Assembly: GCA_963727445.1 (NCBI GenBank)
Contig: CAVSGI010000010.1
Span: 224,001 to 288,000 of the forward strand
Length of the DNA stretch: 64,000 bases
DNA from: an uncultured delta proteobacterium
Lineage (GTDB): Bacteria; Myxococcota_A; Polyangia; Polyangiales; B10-G4
Direction: 5' to 3'
Each line of letters starts with the position of its first letter. The first letter of the stretch is position 1. Shown piece after piece: positions 9,954-21,226 of the stretch. The notes below the pieces were generated by a model, which was given only the letters and a program-made list of their open reading frames with translations, was not told where the DNA came from and ran no database searches. The translations under genes were made by a program, and so were the position numbers.

Positions 9954-10967
9954 ATGAACAGGCTGATCGTCTCCGTGCTCCTCACGTCCCTCGTGCTCAT
10001 CGCTTGTGACGACGAGGAGGAAGTGGAGCAAGAGAGCACCGACCCGGTCGTCGGCGTGATGGAGCTCCCCATCTCCCTGCGCAACTCCGCGAGCGCGCCC
10101 TCGAACGCGATCCCGATCGAGATCTCGCCCACGGCGCTCCGAGTGGACCGCCACACGGTGCTCGAGCTCTCCGGCGGCGAGGTGCCCGACGGGGCGCGCA
10201 ACGCAGAGATCCTCCCGGCGGTGCGCGATGCGATCTCGGCGGGCGCGGCGCGCCGCGCGGCGGAGATCGAGATGCACGTGAACACGCCGTGGGAGACCAC
10301 CGCTCTCGTCCTCGGCTCGCTGAAGGCTTCGAACATCAACACCGTGGCCTTCAAGGTGCGCAAGCCGGGCGGCGTCGCCGACACCGGCTACCTGGTGCTC
10401 GAGAACTACGACGTGCAGGCCGCGAGCGCGGATCCCGTCGAGATGCAGGGGCCGGCGCAGCGCAACTGGGACGAGTTCGTGGAGGTCTGGCAGCCGTCCT
10501 ACGAAGGTTGCCGCCGTCCCGACGCGGAGCAGGAGACCCGCTACGTCGACTGCACCTACAAGCCCACCCTCGCGGCGCCCGGCGGCAAGCTCGAGATGCG
10601 CTTCTTCGCGCGCGGCAGCGCCCTCAAGGCGGAGTTCAACCGCTTCGGCGCGGAGGAGATCGACGAGGCGGCCGCCGCGCCGCCCCCCGAGATGCTCGAG
10701 GGGATCCCGGCCGATCCCGGCGCCGAGCCCCAGGAGGAGCACACCCCGGTCGAGAACGGCGCCTTCACCTGGCGCTTCGAGGCGGCGGTCGCCGATCTCT
10801 CTCCCATCTCGGCGGCCTTCCGGCCCCTCTGCGGCAGTGGTGCCTGCGGGATCACGGTCACCGGCGACAAGGAGACCATGTCGATGCGCCTCGTCTCCTT
10901 CATCGGCGCTGCATTTCCCGACGGAACCTCGGCGCCCCAGGTGGTCTTTCAGGTCCCGGCTCCCTGA
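9954..10967 (+). CDS. Hypothetical lipoprotein, possibly with ExbD-like segments
   Basis: MNRLIVSVLLTSLVLIAC lipobox; GC3-rich codons; ExbD resemblance (HVNTPWET...LKASNINTVAF) is weak. Confidence 0.65.
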   Translation: MNRLIVSVLLTSLVLIACDDEEEVEQESTDPVVGVMELPISLRNSASAPSNAIPIEISPTALRVDRHTVLELSGGEVPDGARNAEILPAVRDAISAGAARRAAEIEMHVNTPWETTALVLGSLKASNINTVAFKVRKPGGVADTGYLVLENYDVQAASADPVEMQGPAQRNWDEFVEVWQPSYEGCRRPDAEQETRYVDCTYKPTLAAPGGKLEMRFFARGSALKAEFNRFGAEEIDEAAAAPPPEMLEGIPADPGAEPQEEHTPVENGAFTWRFEAAVADLSPISAAFRPLCGSGACGITVTGDKETMSMRLVSFIGAAFPDGTSAPQVVFQVPAP

Positions 10968-11024
10968 GCGGGGAGGGTCCGCGCATGCAGTGGCGCGGCG
11001 GGCCATACGTGCCATATCTCCTTC

Positions 11025-12487
11025 ATGGCTTGGCGGGTTTTGGTGGCGGCTGCCCTCGTGGGCGGCCTCTTCTGTTCGGCGTGTAGCGCCATCGTGAGCC
11101 CCGACGAGAGCCGCCTCGGCGGCTCGGCGGATGGCGGCACCGACACCGGAACGATGACCGGTGACTCGAGCGTTCCTCCGGGAGACGCCGACACCGGCAC
11201 GCCACCGGACGATACGGGCGTGCCTCCGGTGGATACCGGCGTGCCACCCGGCTGCGAGTTCGACCGTCGCTGTGAGGGTAGCGAGCTCCTGATCTGCGAC
11301 ATGGGCGACATCATGCGGGTCCCGTGCCGGCTCGGTTGCGTCGAGGCCGGCGGCACCGCCAGCTGTGGCAACATGGTCCCCTCCAACGTCGACGCCGACC
11401 TGTGGATGATGGGCGCCGAGGATCTCGAGGTCGACGGTCGGGTGGGCTTCGATACGTCGGCGTGCGCGTCGGATTCGGCGATCACCACCGTCGTTCCTCA
11501 AGGCGACACCGCGCCCGAGCTCTGCGTCCTGTCGGTCGCGAGCTTTCGCGTGCACGAAGGGGCCGGCTTGAGCGTCCACGGCGAGCGCCCGCTGGTGGTC
11601 ATGGCGACAGGCGAGGTGCGCATCGATGGCATCATCGACGTCTCCGCGACCAGCGGCGAAGCGGGTCCTGGCGGGGCGCGTGGTGGAACCGGCGGCGGCG
11701 CCACCGAGCTCTGGAACGGCGGCGGGCCCTTCGGAGGTCAGGTGGGCGCGCACGAAGGCGCCTACGACGACGGTGGCGGCGGCGGCGGCGGCTTCTGCGG
11801 CAGTGGCGGCGATGGCGGGAGCGGCGGCGGCGGAGCCGGCGGCGCTGGCGGCGGAACCGTGCCCGGGATGTGGGAGCTCTCCCCGCTCTTCGGCGGCAGC
11901 GGCGGCGGACGCGGGCGTGGCGCGTTCATCTCGATGGGAACCAACGCCGGCTTCGGGGGCGCGGGCGGCGGCGCCCTGCAGAATCAGCTCGCGCGCACAG
12001 ATTCGGCTCAGCGGTCGCATCCTCGCCGGGGGCGGCGGCGGCCTTCCGGGTCAGAACCTCTTCGGCTCGACGCAGAACTGGGGCTCCGGCGGCGGCGGCG
12101 GCAGCGGTGGCGCAGTGCTCCTCGAAGCGCCCGAAGTCACCTTCGAGGGTGGTCAGATCATCGCGGCCGGTGGCGGCGGCGGCGGCGGCGGCGGAACGAC
12201 GAACGGGGAGCCGGGCGAAGACGGGCGCGGCGCGGGGCTCGGGCGCGCCCGGGGTGGCGCCGGGGACGACGTTCGGGGAGCGGATGGCGGCAACGGCAGC
12301 GCTTCGACGAATCTCGACGGACGCATCGGCGGCAGCAACGGCACCAGCAACGGAAACGGTGGCGGTGGCGGTGGCGGCTCCGGCTGCGTGCTCGATCCGC
12401 ACCGCCGACACGATGGTGGGTGGAACCAGTAGCTCCCACCCCGGCGTCGAGCCCGGCTACCGCCAGCTTCGCATCCTGACGCCCTGA
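11025..12487 (+). CDS. Gly-rich lipoprotein (frameshifted near 11985 and 12395)
   Basis: CSAC lipobox, DTG/PPD linker, GGGGG tracts that continue across three frames. Confidence 0.65.
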
Positions 12488-12576
12488 GGGCCGCCACACT
12501 TTTTTGACCACGGCGAGCCGACCCTGCTATCGGAGGGTCAGCTGCTTTTCGGCCCGTACCCGCGAGGAGGCTCTCG

Positions 12577-13035
12577 ATGAAGGGACGACGCTCCGAGGCG
12601 GCGTGGCTCACCATTGCCACGCTCGCCGCCGTGTATCTGTGTGCGCTCGATTCGCCTGCCTACGGTCAGCCGGGCCGAGGTCACCTCCCCGTGGCCATCG
12701 GCGACATCAGCTCACCGACCCTCCGTCGCGCCATCGAGGGTGAGCTGGAGAACCTCGGCGGGTTCCGCGTCGAGAATCAGAGGCACGCGCGCTTCGTCGT
12801 GCAGGGCTCGCTGACGCGCCTCGATCGCCGCGATGCCCCGCACGGGATGGAGGTCGACTGCGAGGTCTCCCTCATCCTCGCCGACGCGCGCGGTGGCGCC
12901 GTTCGACTGATGCTCTCCGGCCGAGCCGGCGCCCGCGGCGGTGCCGACCACCAGGCGGTGGAGCGAGCCGCGGTCGAGGCCGCGGTGCGCGGCGCTCTTC
13001 GCCCGCTTCCGCGCACCCTGCGCGAGATGCGCTGA
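12577..13035 (+). CDS. Hypothetical secreted protein
   Basis: GAGGAGG RBS upstream, hydrophobic N-terminus, VDCEVSLIL...LSGRAG. Confidence 0.6.
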   Translation: MKGRRSEAAWLTIATLAAVYLCALDSPAYGQPGRGHLPVAIGDISSPTLRRAIEGELENLGGFRVENQRHARFVVQGSLTRLDRRDAPHGMEVDCEVSLILADARGGAVRLMLSGRAGARGGADHQAVERAAVEAAVRGALRPLPRTLREMR

Positions 13036-13042
13036 CTCCGAC

Positions 13043-14554
13043 TCAGCGCAGGCGCGTGAGCGCGCCGAGGCGCCAGGCGCTCAGCCCGCTTTGCGCAGGA
13101 GCTGCCGCGGCCTGGCCGCGGCCCGCTCGCTCCCGATCCTCGAAGGCTTGCGCCACGGCCGCTCCGATCGAGAGCTCCGCGCCGGCTCCTTTGGCGTCGC
13201 CCGAGGTCAGCAGCACCTCCGAGTGGGCGCCGATGAAGCCGGTGTCGTAGTCGCCACGCACGAAGTCGGGGTGGCTCATGAGCGCGAGGTGGAAGGGGAT
13301 GTTGGTGCGGATGCCCGCCACCACGTACTCGGACAGGGCGCGGCGCATGCGGCGGACGGCGTCGTCGCGATTCGCCGCCCAGACGCAGAGCTTCGAGATC
13401 AGCGGATCGTAGAAGCTCGAGATCTCGGCGCCCTCGTAGGCGCCCGAGTCGTCGCGAATCCCGGGGCCGGCGGGGGTGCGGAGCCGCTCGATCGTGCCCG
13501 GGCTCGGCAGAAAGCCGGTGGCCGGATCTTCGGCGTAGATGCGGCATTCGATGGCGTGGCCGCGCCGCGTCACCGCCGTCTGGTCGTAGCCGAGAGGCTC
13601 GCCCGCCGCGATGCGCACCTGCTCGCGGACCAGGTCGAGCCCGCTGGTGAGCTCGGTGATCGGATGCTCGACCTGCAGGCGCGTGTTCATCTCGAGGAAG
13701 TAGAACTCGCCGTCCTCGTTCATCAGGAACTCGACCGTGCCCGCACCGCGGTAGCTCACCGCCTGTGCTGCGCGCACCGCGACGGCGCCCATCTCGGCGA
13801 CGCGCTCGTCGGTGGCCGCGGGCGCCGGGCTGGGCGACTCCTCGACCACCTTCTGATGGCGTCGCTGGATGGAGCAGTCGCGCTCGAAGATGTGGACGGC
13901 GTTGCCGTGACCGTCGGCCAGGACCTGGATCTCGATGTGGCGCGGGCGAACGATGGCCTTCTCGACGTAGACGTTGTCGTCGCCGAAGGCGTTCTTCGCT
14001 TCGGAGCGCGCGCGCTCGAGGGCGTCTTGCAGATCCTCTGGCTTCGTGACCAGGCGCATGCCTTTGCCGCCGCCGCCGGCCGAGGCCTTGAGCATCACCG
14101 GGAAACCGAGCTCCTCGGCAGCGGCGGCCAGCGCCTCCACCGAGTCTCCTTCCGCACCCGGGACGACGGGCACGCCGGCCGCGATCATCTTGGCGCGGGC
14201 GCGGGTCTTGTCACCCATCGCCTCCATCGCAGAGGCATCTGGCCCGATGAAGGTCACCCCCGCTGCCTCGCAGGCGCGCACGAAGGAGGCGTTCTCGCTG
14301 AGAAAGCCGTAGCCGGGGTGAATGGCCTGGGCGCCGCTCTTCTTCGCCGCATCGAGGATGTTGTCGTGAACGAGATAGCTCTGCGACGAGGGCGCCGGTC
14401 CGATGGGATACGCCTCGTCGGCGAGGCGCACGTGAAGGGCGGCGCGGTCGGCTTCGCTGTACACGGCGACCGAGGCGATGCCCATCTCCCTCAGGGTGCG
14501 AATGACACGGACGGCGATCTCGCCACGGTTGGCTACCAGGACCTTTTCGAACAT
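13043..14554 (-). CDS. accC: Acyl-CoA carboxylase, biotin carboxylase subunit
   Basis: KVLVANRGEIA, HPGYGFLSEN, GGGGKGMR, ERDCSIQRRHQK, EMNTRLQVEH. Confidence 0.92.
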   Translation of the reverse strand: MFEKVLVANRGEIAVRVIRTLREMGIASVAVYSEADRAALHVRLADEAYPIGPAPSSQSYLVHDNILDAAKKSGAQAIHPGYGFLSENASFVRACEAAGVTFIGPDASAMEAMGDKTRARAKMIAAGVPVVPGAEGDSVEALAAAAEELGFPVMLKASAGGGGKGMRLVTKPEDLQDALERARSEAKNAFGDDNVYVEKAIVRPRHIEIQVLADGHGNAVHIFERDCSIQRRHQKVVEESPSPAPAATDERVAEMGAVAVRAAQAVSYRGAGTVEFLMNEDGEFYFLEMNTRLQVEHPITELTSGLDLVREQVRIAAGEPLGYDQTAVTRRGHAIECRIYAEDPATGFLPSPGTIERLRTPAGPGIRDDSGAYEGAEISSFYDPLISKLCVWAANRDDAVRRMRRALSEYVVAGIRTNIPFHLALMSHPDFVRGDYDTGFIGAHSEVLLTSGDAKGAGAELSIGAAVAQAFEDRERAGRGQAAAAPAQSGLSAWRLGALTRLR

Positions 14555-14697
14555 GTGCGCGGATTCGTCGCACAGGAGGCGGGGCCCGTCAAAGGGCCCT
14601 GGAACGTGGGGCTTTCGGGCACTCTTCGGCGGTGATCTGTGCGGTTTGGACTTCCTACGTCATAATGAGAAATCGCTTTTTCCTTCGGAGGAGTTCC

Positions 14698-16358
14698 TTG
14701 AACCGCACCGTTTTCTGTTGTTGGCGGTGCTCGTCTCGTCGAGCGCCTGCACCGACTCTCGCGGCCGCCCACCGACCATCGATTCGAGCACGCCCGTCGA
14801 CACCGGGACGATGGGTGGGGACGCCGGCCCCGATTCGACCATGCCCCTCTCTTGCGACGATGGGGTTCGTAACGGCGACGAGACCCACATCGATTGCGGA
14901 GGCTCCTGCGACCCCTGCCCCGATGGTGCCGGCTGCGTCCGAGCGACCGACTGCCAGAGCATGGTCTGCCGCGCGATGTACTGCCTGGTTCCGTCCTGCA
15001 TGGACGCCATCCAGAACGGTGACGAGCTCGGCGTCGACTGCGGCGCGGGGGGCACCTGCCCCGGCTGTCCGGGAGGGACGGCCTGCACCGACGGCGAGCA
15101 GTGCCTGAGCCACATCTGTGAATCCGGAACCTGCACCAGCACCTCGTGTGAGGATGGCCTGTTGAACGCAGACGAGACCGACGTCGATTGCGGCGGCACC
15201 GTCTGCCCCGGCTGTCCGGCCGACGGCGTGTGCACCGACGACAGCGATTGCGCGAGCCTGATCTGCGATGCCGGCGCCTGCACCATGGCGAGCTGCGTTG
15301 ACGGCGTCATCAACGAGGGGGAGTCGGACTACGACTGCGGCGGTCCTCGGTGCCCGGCGTGCGGGCCCGGGTCGATGTGCACCGCGGACTCCGATTGCTC
15401 CTCGAACATCTGCGACGCTGGCACGTGCACCATGGCGGGGTGTCGCGACGGGGTGCAGAACCAGGACGAGACCGACGTCGACTGCGGCGGCTCCAGCTGC
15501 ATGCCGTGCACGCCCGGCGACATGTGCATGGACGCCGAAGACTGCGACAGCTCGATCTGCGACATGGGCACCTGCGCGATGCCGGCCTGCGACGACATGG
15601 TGCTCAACGGCGGCGAGAGCGACGTCGACTGCGGTGGCATGACGATCTGCCCGCGCTGCCCCGACTATCGGGCCTGCACCGATCCCGCCGATTGCACCGC
15701 GGGCAGCTGCACCATGGGCTTCTGCGGCGACACGGGCTGCATGCCCTTTCCGGGCACCAGCACCGATACCTTCGGGTACTTCGGCTGCACCATCCCGCTG
15801 ACGCCGGCGACGTTGCCCTGCCCGGACATCTCGTCGACCGGCACGTCGGTGACGCTGTCCGATGACGGCCAGGTCACCGTGCCGCTCGGCTTCACCTTCG
15901 ACTTCTACGGTACACCCCAGACCGACATCATCATCGAGGCCAACGGCGCGCTGGCGTTCGCGTCGACCGCGCTTTCGTTCACGAATGCGTGCCTACCGCG
16001 AACGACGGCGCCCACGCAGTTCATCGCGGCTTTCTGGGACGATCTCTACCCGCCCACCGGAGGGACCATCGAGTACGAGACCGTCGGGACCGCGCCCGCG
16101 CGTCGGTTCGTGACACGATGGAACATCTATCACATCGGTGTGAGCACCGGGAACACCATCGACGTCACCGCGGTCCTCGAAGAAGACACCGGTCACGTGA
16201 AGCTCTGCTACGCGGACACCGCGTTCGGAAGCGCCAGCTACGACTACGGGGCGAGCGCGACCGTCGGCATCAACGGTACCGCCACCGACTCGCTCCAGTT
16301 CAGCTGCAACACCGCGAGCCTCAGCGACGGCCTCTACATTCAGTACATCCATCCGTAG
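14698..16358 (+). CDS. Cys-rich (ETDVDCGG repeat) lipoprotein with C-terminal NIDO-like domain
   Basis: Six C-x-DG-x2-N-x2-E-x-D-x-DCG-type repeats, then PLGFTFDFYG...FIAAFWDDL; GGAGGAG RBS then TTG; one extra T near 14712 would restore MNRTVFLLLAVLVSSSAC. Confidence 0.8.
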
Positions 16359-17666
16359 CGGTCTCGCCCGGGGGGCGGAGATCCAGAAAGCCATCGGGCC
16401 AGAGGCTCGTCGCGAGCATCACTTCGTTGATGTCGCGATGCTCCGTCCAGGTGGTCGGCACGCGGTGGTCCTCTTCGAGCCAGAACGCTTCGATGCGACG
16501 GGCGAGCGGGAGATGGGGGCCGAGCTCTTCGACGCGCTCGGCCACGCCACTGCCGCCCGCGAGCTCGCCACGCTCCGCGGCCGCCGCCATTCGCTCCACC
16601 GCATGAAGGCCGATGGCGAGGCCGAGCTCCCGAAACGCGAGACGTCGATTCGCGCCCTCCCCTGGGCTCGCCGCTCGAAGCGTACTGCCTCAGCCCTTGG
16701 ATGGCTGCGTCGAGCACCTCGATCGAGCAGATCGTCGTCGAGCGAACCCTCGCGGCCGAGCTGCGCCAAGCGGTAGGCGTCGATGAGCAGGCCGCCGAGG
16801 CCCAGTGGGTCGGTGGTCGCCAGGTTGCCGTCGGCGGACCATCGCGCGCGAAATCCGGCTCCGCATCGGCTAGCTCGCGGACCTGTCTCGGTCGAGAGAG
16901 CGCGCGCCGTCGCCTCGAGCTGCGACCGCCGTCACGAAGCCGTCGAGCGGGTCGTGCTGTCCCATGGAGGCGACCAGCGGCCGGCGGAGGTCGATGCTCA
17001 TCTTCCAGTACATGCGCAGCGGCGCCCGCCGGGCCGCGGTATGCGAAGCGCATCGTGCGCCGTCCGCGTCAGCTCGCGCGCCCAGCACGATTGAGCGGAG
17101 CGTGCCGACGGTGCGCGCGAGCGGTCTGGTCGAGGGCGTGCATCCACTGGGTGAGGTAGTGGAAGTACTGCCCGTCCCGATCCCACTCGAGATCGCTGCG
17201 TCGAAGCGGCTCCGCGGGCCCGCGCTCGGGGAGCGGCTTGCCGATACGCAGCCCGCCGCGGGTCGGGTGCGCCTCGTCCGCCGCGCCGTCGGGTCCACGG
17301 AGCCAGCCCTGTCGCCCGTCGTCCGGTGCGGTGTCGTCCGAGCGTGTGGTGCACGCGCTCGACCAGCGTGAGCGCGAGCCGGCGATCGCCGTCGTCTCCG
17401 GTCGCGCGGGCGAGCCCCAGGAAGTTGCAGACGGCGAACGCGTCGGTCCACAGATAGCGGCGCTGTCTCACGCCCGACTGGATGCCCGTTCTTTCCGCGA
17501 AGGAGCGCATCAGCTCCGACGCAAGCGCGATGCGGTGCTCCTCGGTCATCGTCGGCTCCTGAGTCGGCTGGTCCATGCCAGGGTTGCTGGCCGCGGGCAC
17601 GGAGGGCTCTCCGCATTCGCAGGTCACCCCAGCGAGCAGCCCGAGCGCGACCAGAGGCCACGTCAT
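16321..17666 (-). CDS. Conserved hypothetical protein, multiply frameshifted (possible alpha/alpha-barrel family)
   Basis: Motifs RYLWTDAFAVCNFL, GGLRIGKPLPER, EWDRDGQYFHYL, MYWKMSIDL, MGQHDPLDG, HRDINEVMLATSL lie in different frames. Confidence 0.6.
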
Positions 17667-17729
17667 GCGCCTGGTCATCTCCCCTGCCAGGTAGTCCCCT
17701 GGCACGAGGAGGCCATGGCTCGTGCGGCG

Positions 17730-19676
17730 TCAGAAGCTCAAGTCGGCTTCGGCGGCGGCGGCCGGCGCAGCGCTGACGGCGGCCTCTCGCACACCGAGCC
17801 CCTGGCGGCGAACGCGGACGCGGTAGTGTCCCCGGTCGACGCTCTGGAAGCGGTAGCGGCCGTTGCGCGTCGAGGAGGTCGACTGCACGACGTTGCCCCG
17901 CTCGTCCAGGAGCTCGACGGTGGCTCCTTCCATGTCCTCGTCGGCGAAGTCGATTCGGCCGGCGACCTGCCCGAACTGGCGTGCTTGCGCTTCGGCGGTG
18001 TCGTGAACGAAGGGGACGTCGACGGTCTGCTTCACCTCTCCATCGGCATCGAGATAGGCGAGCTCCGCGACGTAACGACCGTTCTCCACGGCGGTGCCCG
18101 CGTCGCTCTTCCCGTCCCAGGAGAGCGTCATCGCGCCCGCCGAGCCCGGGACGTCGGTGGTGCGGACGCGGTCGCCGCGCGCGCCCCCCTCGCCGGCCTC
18201 GAAGATGCGAAGTCGGACGCGGCTCCGCGCGCTCTCGCTCTCCACGTTACGCAGCGAGAACACGGTGGCGCCGCTCTCGTAGTGGCTGCCGACCCGCGTG
18301 AGGTAGAAGTCGCCGGTGTAGAAGGTCAGCCGTCGCCGGCTCTCTTTGCCTTCGGCATTCACCGCGATGACGTCGACGCGATGCGCGCCGGGCTCGAGGT
18401 GCGCCGGGTCCACGCGGACCGAGAGCTCGCCCAGGCAGGCGCGCCCCAGCGGGACATCGTCGACGCGGATCTCCACGCTCTGTGCGGGCGCACCCTCCGT
18501 GTCCGCGGCTTGCGCGTGAAGGCGCGAGGCCCGGTCCAGGTGGCTTCCGTCCTCGAGGCCCGCCACGTCGACCGAGAGCACGTCGATGGAGACCAGCCCC
18601 ATCACCGCCCACATCGCCTCCCCCCGCCGATCGCCGCCGGTGGACCACCCGCCGTTTTCCTGCTGGTTCTCCACCAGCCAGCCGATGCCGCGAACGACAC
18701 CAGCGTCGCGGTCGCTCGCGCCCAGGCGCTTGAGCACGTAGAGGCTCTGCCCGGTGGCGAAGGCGTCGGAGGCGGCGCCGACCGTGAATCCCCAGCCGCC
18801 GTCGGCGTTCTGACGTTCGCGGAGCTCGGCGCTCAACAGCTCGAGCACCGCCTCTCCGCGGCCGGCGCCTGCGGCGAGCAGGCCGATGATCGCGTAGTTC
18901 AGATCCTGCAGGTAGGTCGCTTCGGCGTCGGTGAGGTTCGCCGCGCGCGAGCGGATGTACTGCTCGGCGCGGGCGATGGGCTCGAGCCAGCGATCGTCCG
19001 CCGTCCGTGCGTAGGCCTGACGCCAGGTGCGCGCCGCCTGCGTGGTGGACTGCATCTCGCCCGCGACCACGGGCGGGCGGCGGTCCGTGGAGCGAACCGA
19101 GCCGTCGTCGTTCTGATAGGCGAGGATGGCCTCGGCCGCTTGCATCAGGACCGGCTCGAGCTCCGAGCCGACGTGCTCGTCGTACTCCGCCATGGCCGCG
19201 CCCCCGAAGCTCTTCGAGGATTCGATCAGGTGGTTCGGGTCCCCGCCCACCGAGAAGCCGTTCGGGCCGTGCGCGCCGCCGCTGATGTCGAGCAGGCCGC
19301 GCAGGACCTCGTCGAAATGCTCGTCGGGCACTTCGTAGTGGTGCTCCCGCCCCACGATGAAGGCGTCGAGGGTCACGGCTTGCACGTGACACCCGTAGCA
19401 GTTGTTCTGGTTCTGCCAAGCGAGGGTGTCCTCACCGAGGAAGCGAAGCCCGCGCTGCGCGGCGCGCCGAACGCCCGGGTCCTCTCGCCGCGTGGTCGGT
19501 AGCCCCTGTGCGTTGGTCGCGACCAGCGTCCCTCCGCATTCGGGGAGGTCGGGCGGCGCTGTCCGCCGTGCGGTTGTCACCGTCCTCTGTAATCCTCCGC
19601 CGCAGCTCGTCGCCAGCCCCACCGCACCCAGCACACACACCACCGCCGCGAGGGCGCGAGTCATCGACCCCTTCAT
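17730..19676 (-). CDS. Lipoprotein: prenyltransferase/squalene-cyclase-like repeats with CxxCH, FlgD-like Ig domain, carboxypeptidase-regulatory-like domain
   Basis: LATSC lipobox; CYGCH; QW-type repeats YQNDDGS, RQNADGGW, QQENGGW; LSWDGKSDAG...ENGRY; TRNGRYRF. Confidence 0.75.
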   Translation of the reverse strand: MKGSMTRALAAVVCVLGAVGLATSCGGGLQRTVTTARRTAPPDLPECGGTLVATNAQGLPTTRREDPGVRRAAQRGLRFLGEDTLAWQNQNNCYGCHVQAVTLDAFIVGREHHYEVPDEHFDEVLRGLLDISGGAHGPNGFSVGGDPNHLIESSKSFGGAAMAEYDEHVGSELEPVLMQAAEAILAYQNDDGSVRSTDRRPPVVAGEMQSTTQAARTWRQAYARTADDRWLEPIARAEQYIRSRAANLTDAEATYLQDLNYAIIGLLAAGAGRGEAVLELLSAELRERQNADGGWGFTVGAASDAFATGQSLYVLKRLGASDRDAGVVRGIGWLVENQQENGGWSTGGDRRGEAMWAVMGLVSIDVLSVDVAGLEDGSHLDRASRLHAQAADTEGAPAQSVEIRVDDVPLGRACLGELSVRVDPAHLEPGAHRVDVIAVNAEGKESRRRLTFYTGDFYLTRVGSHYESGATVFSLRNVESESARSRVRLRIFEAGEGGARGDRVRTTDVPGSAGAMTLSWDGKSDAGTAVENGRYVAELAYLDADGEVKQTVDVPFVHDTAEAQARQFGQVAGRIDFADEDMEGATVELLDERGNVVQSTSSTRNGRYRFQSVDRGHYRVRVRRQGLGVREAAVSAAPAAAAEADLSF

Positions 19677-19822
19677 CGAACCACCTCCGAGATGGCAGTC
19701 CGACGGGCGAGCGCCGCCGATGATCTATGCTCTGCGCGATGAAGAACGCGATTTACATCTTCGTGACGGTGACGGCCCTCCTCGGCGCCTGCGGTGATGA
19801 CCAGGAAGGTGGCGGGTCGACA

Positions 19823-21094
19823 TCAATCCGCGGTGCTCGGGCTGATCTCGTCGGTGATGATGTCGACCAACAGGTCGTTCAGGAGCCAGACCTTGTAGGT
19901 GCCGATGGTCGGCTCGATGTGGTCGCCGCCGATGCCGCTGTCGTTCGTGAGGAACGTGTACCGGCCGTTGGTGGTGACCGCGAGGAAGCGGAGGAGGAAC
20001 TCGGTGTCCTTGTCGATGCCGCTGCCGGCGACGGGGATGATCTTGACGCCCGCGGCCGCAGCCGCGCGGTTGGCGTCGCGTAGCCGCGACAGGATCTCGG
20101 GATCCGAATGAGGCGGCGCGTCGAGGACGAGGAAGAGCAGGCGCGCCGTGGCGGACTCGCTCCATTCGTGCGCCTCGATGGCGTCGGCGAGGGCCTGGTC
20201 GACGGCCTCGGGGAAGTCCCCGCCGCCGCCCGCGCTCTCGCTGGAGAGCTGGGAGAGACCTTCGGAGACATCGGTCGTGAAGGGATGCGAGTTGACGACG
20301 TACTCGTCGCCCACGTCGCGATAGAAGTTCATCGAGAGGCGCAGATCGAAGCGCTGGACGGCCTCGTCCTGGGCGCGGGTGATCACGTCCTCGAGCTCCG
20401 CTTGCACGTAGCTGAGCTCGTCGCCCATCGAACCTGTGGTGTCCACCACGAACATGAGATCGAGCTTCGGGGTGCCGGCATCCGCCGCGCTCGCGAGGTC
20501 CACCTCGAGGGTCGTGAGGACGGCCGGATCGACGTCGTCGATGGTCTCGCTCGCCGCACCCGAGCTGACGGTGACCGAGTAGGGCCCGGTGTCGTCGCCG
20601 AACACCGACGCGAAGAGCTCCGCGCGTCCCTGACTGTCGCTGTGGGCACTCCACACCACGGTCCCCGAGCCGTCGCGCAGCGTGACCGCGGCATCGATGA
20701 CCGCGTCGCCGCCGGAGGTGACCCTCACCGGCACGCGGCGCGTCGTCTCGTAGCCCCAAAGCGGCTGCTTGTCGCTCCACGCGTCGCCGCTCATCAGGTC
20801 GAGCCAGAGCTCCCAATCGTCGAGGTCGCGCCAGTCGCCGGCGGTGAGCTGACCGGCCGGGACGTCGGTGATCCCCTCGCAGCCTTCGCCACATCCTTCG
20901 GCGGGCACCGCGCCTCCGCCCCCGCTGGCCGTGCCCTCGGCGCTGGGCGCGCCCGAGCCGATGCCGTCGCTGCCCGAGGCGCTGCTGTAGTCGCCGCCGC
21001 CAGAGCTCCGCGAACCCTCCGAGTAATCACCGCATCCGCCGAGGGCCAACAAGAGGGAGAACGTCAGAATCGAAGTCGTTGTCGTCGTGCGCAT
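19823..21094 (-). CDS. VWA-domain lipoprotein
   Basis: LGGC lipobox; DLMFVVDTTGSMGDE, GGGDFPEAV, LVLDAPPH. Confidence 0.85.
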   Translation of the reverse strand: MRTTTTTSILTFSLLLALGGCGDYSEGSRSSGGGDYSSASGSDGIGSGAPSAEGTASGGGGAVPAEGCGEGCEGITDVPAGQLTAGDWRDLDDWELWLDLMSGDAWSDKQPLWGYETTRRVPVRVTSGGDAVIDAAVTLRDGSGTVVWSAHSDSQGRAELFASVFGDDTGPYSVTVSSGAASETIDDVDPAVLTTLEVDLASAADAGTPKLDLMFVVDTTGSMGDELSYVQAELEDVITRAQDEAVQRFDLRLSMNFYRDVGDEYVVNSHPFTTDVSEGLSQLSSESAGGGGDFPEAVDQALADAIEAHEWSESATARLLFLVLDAPPHSDPEILSRLRDANRAAAAAGVKIIPVAGSGIDKDTEFLLRFLAVTTNGRYTFLTNDSGIGGDHIEPTIGTYKVWLLNDLLVDIITDEISPSTAD

Positions 21095-21226
21095 GCGCGT
21101 CTTTCCTCCGTGCGAGCCAAGCGCCAGAGGAGAAAGCAGCTTTGATGCCACGCACGCCGCGTGAATTGACGGGTGAAATCAGCGGCGAAGGGTGTGTCAG
21201 CGTGTGCCCCGCCGGGTGGGGGCCTG

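Noticed and set aside
17730..19676. Squalene-hopene cyclase / hopanoid cluster
   Set aside because: No DxDD motif, single barrel, secreted, and no hpn genes nearby
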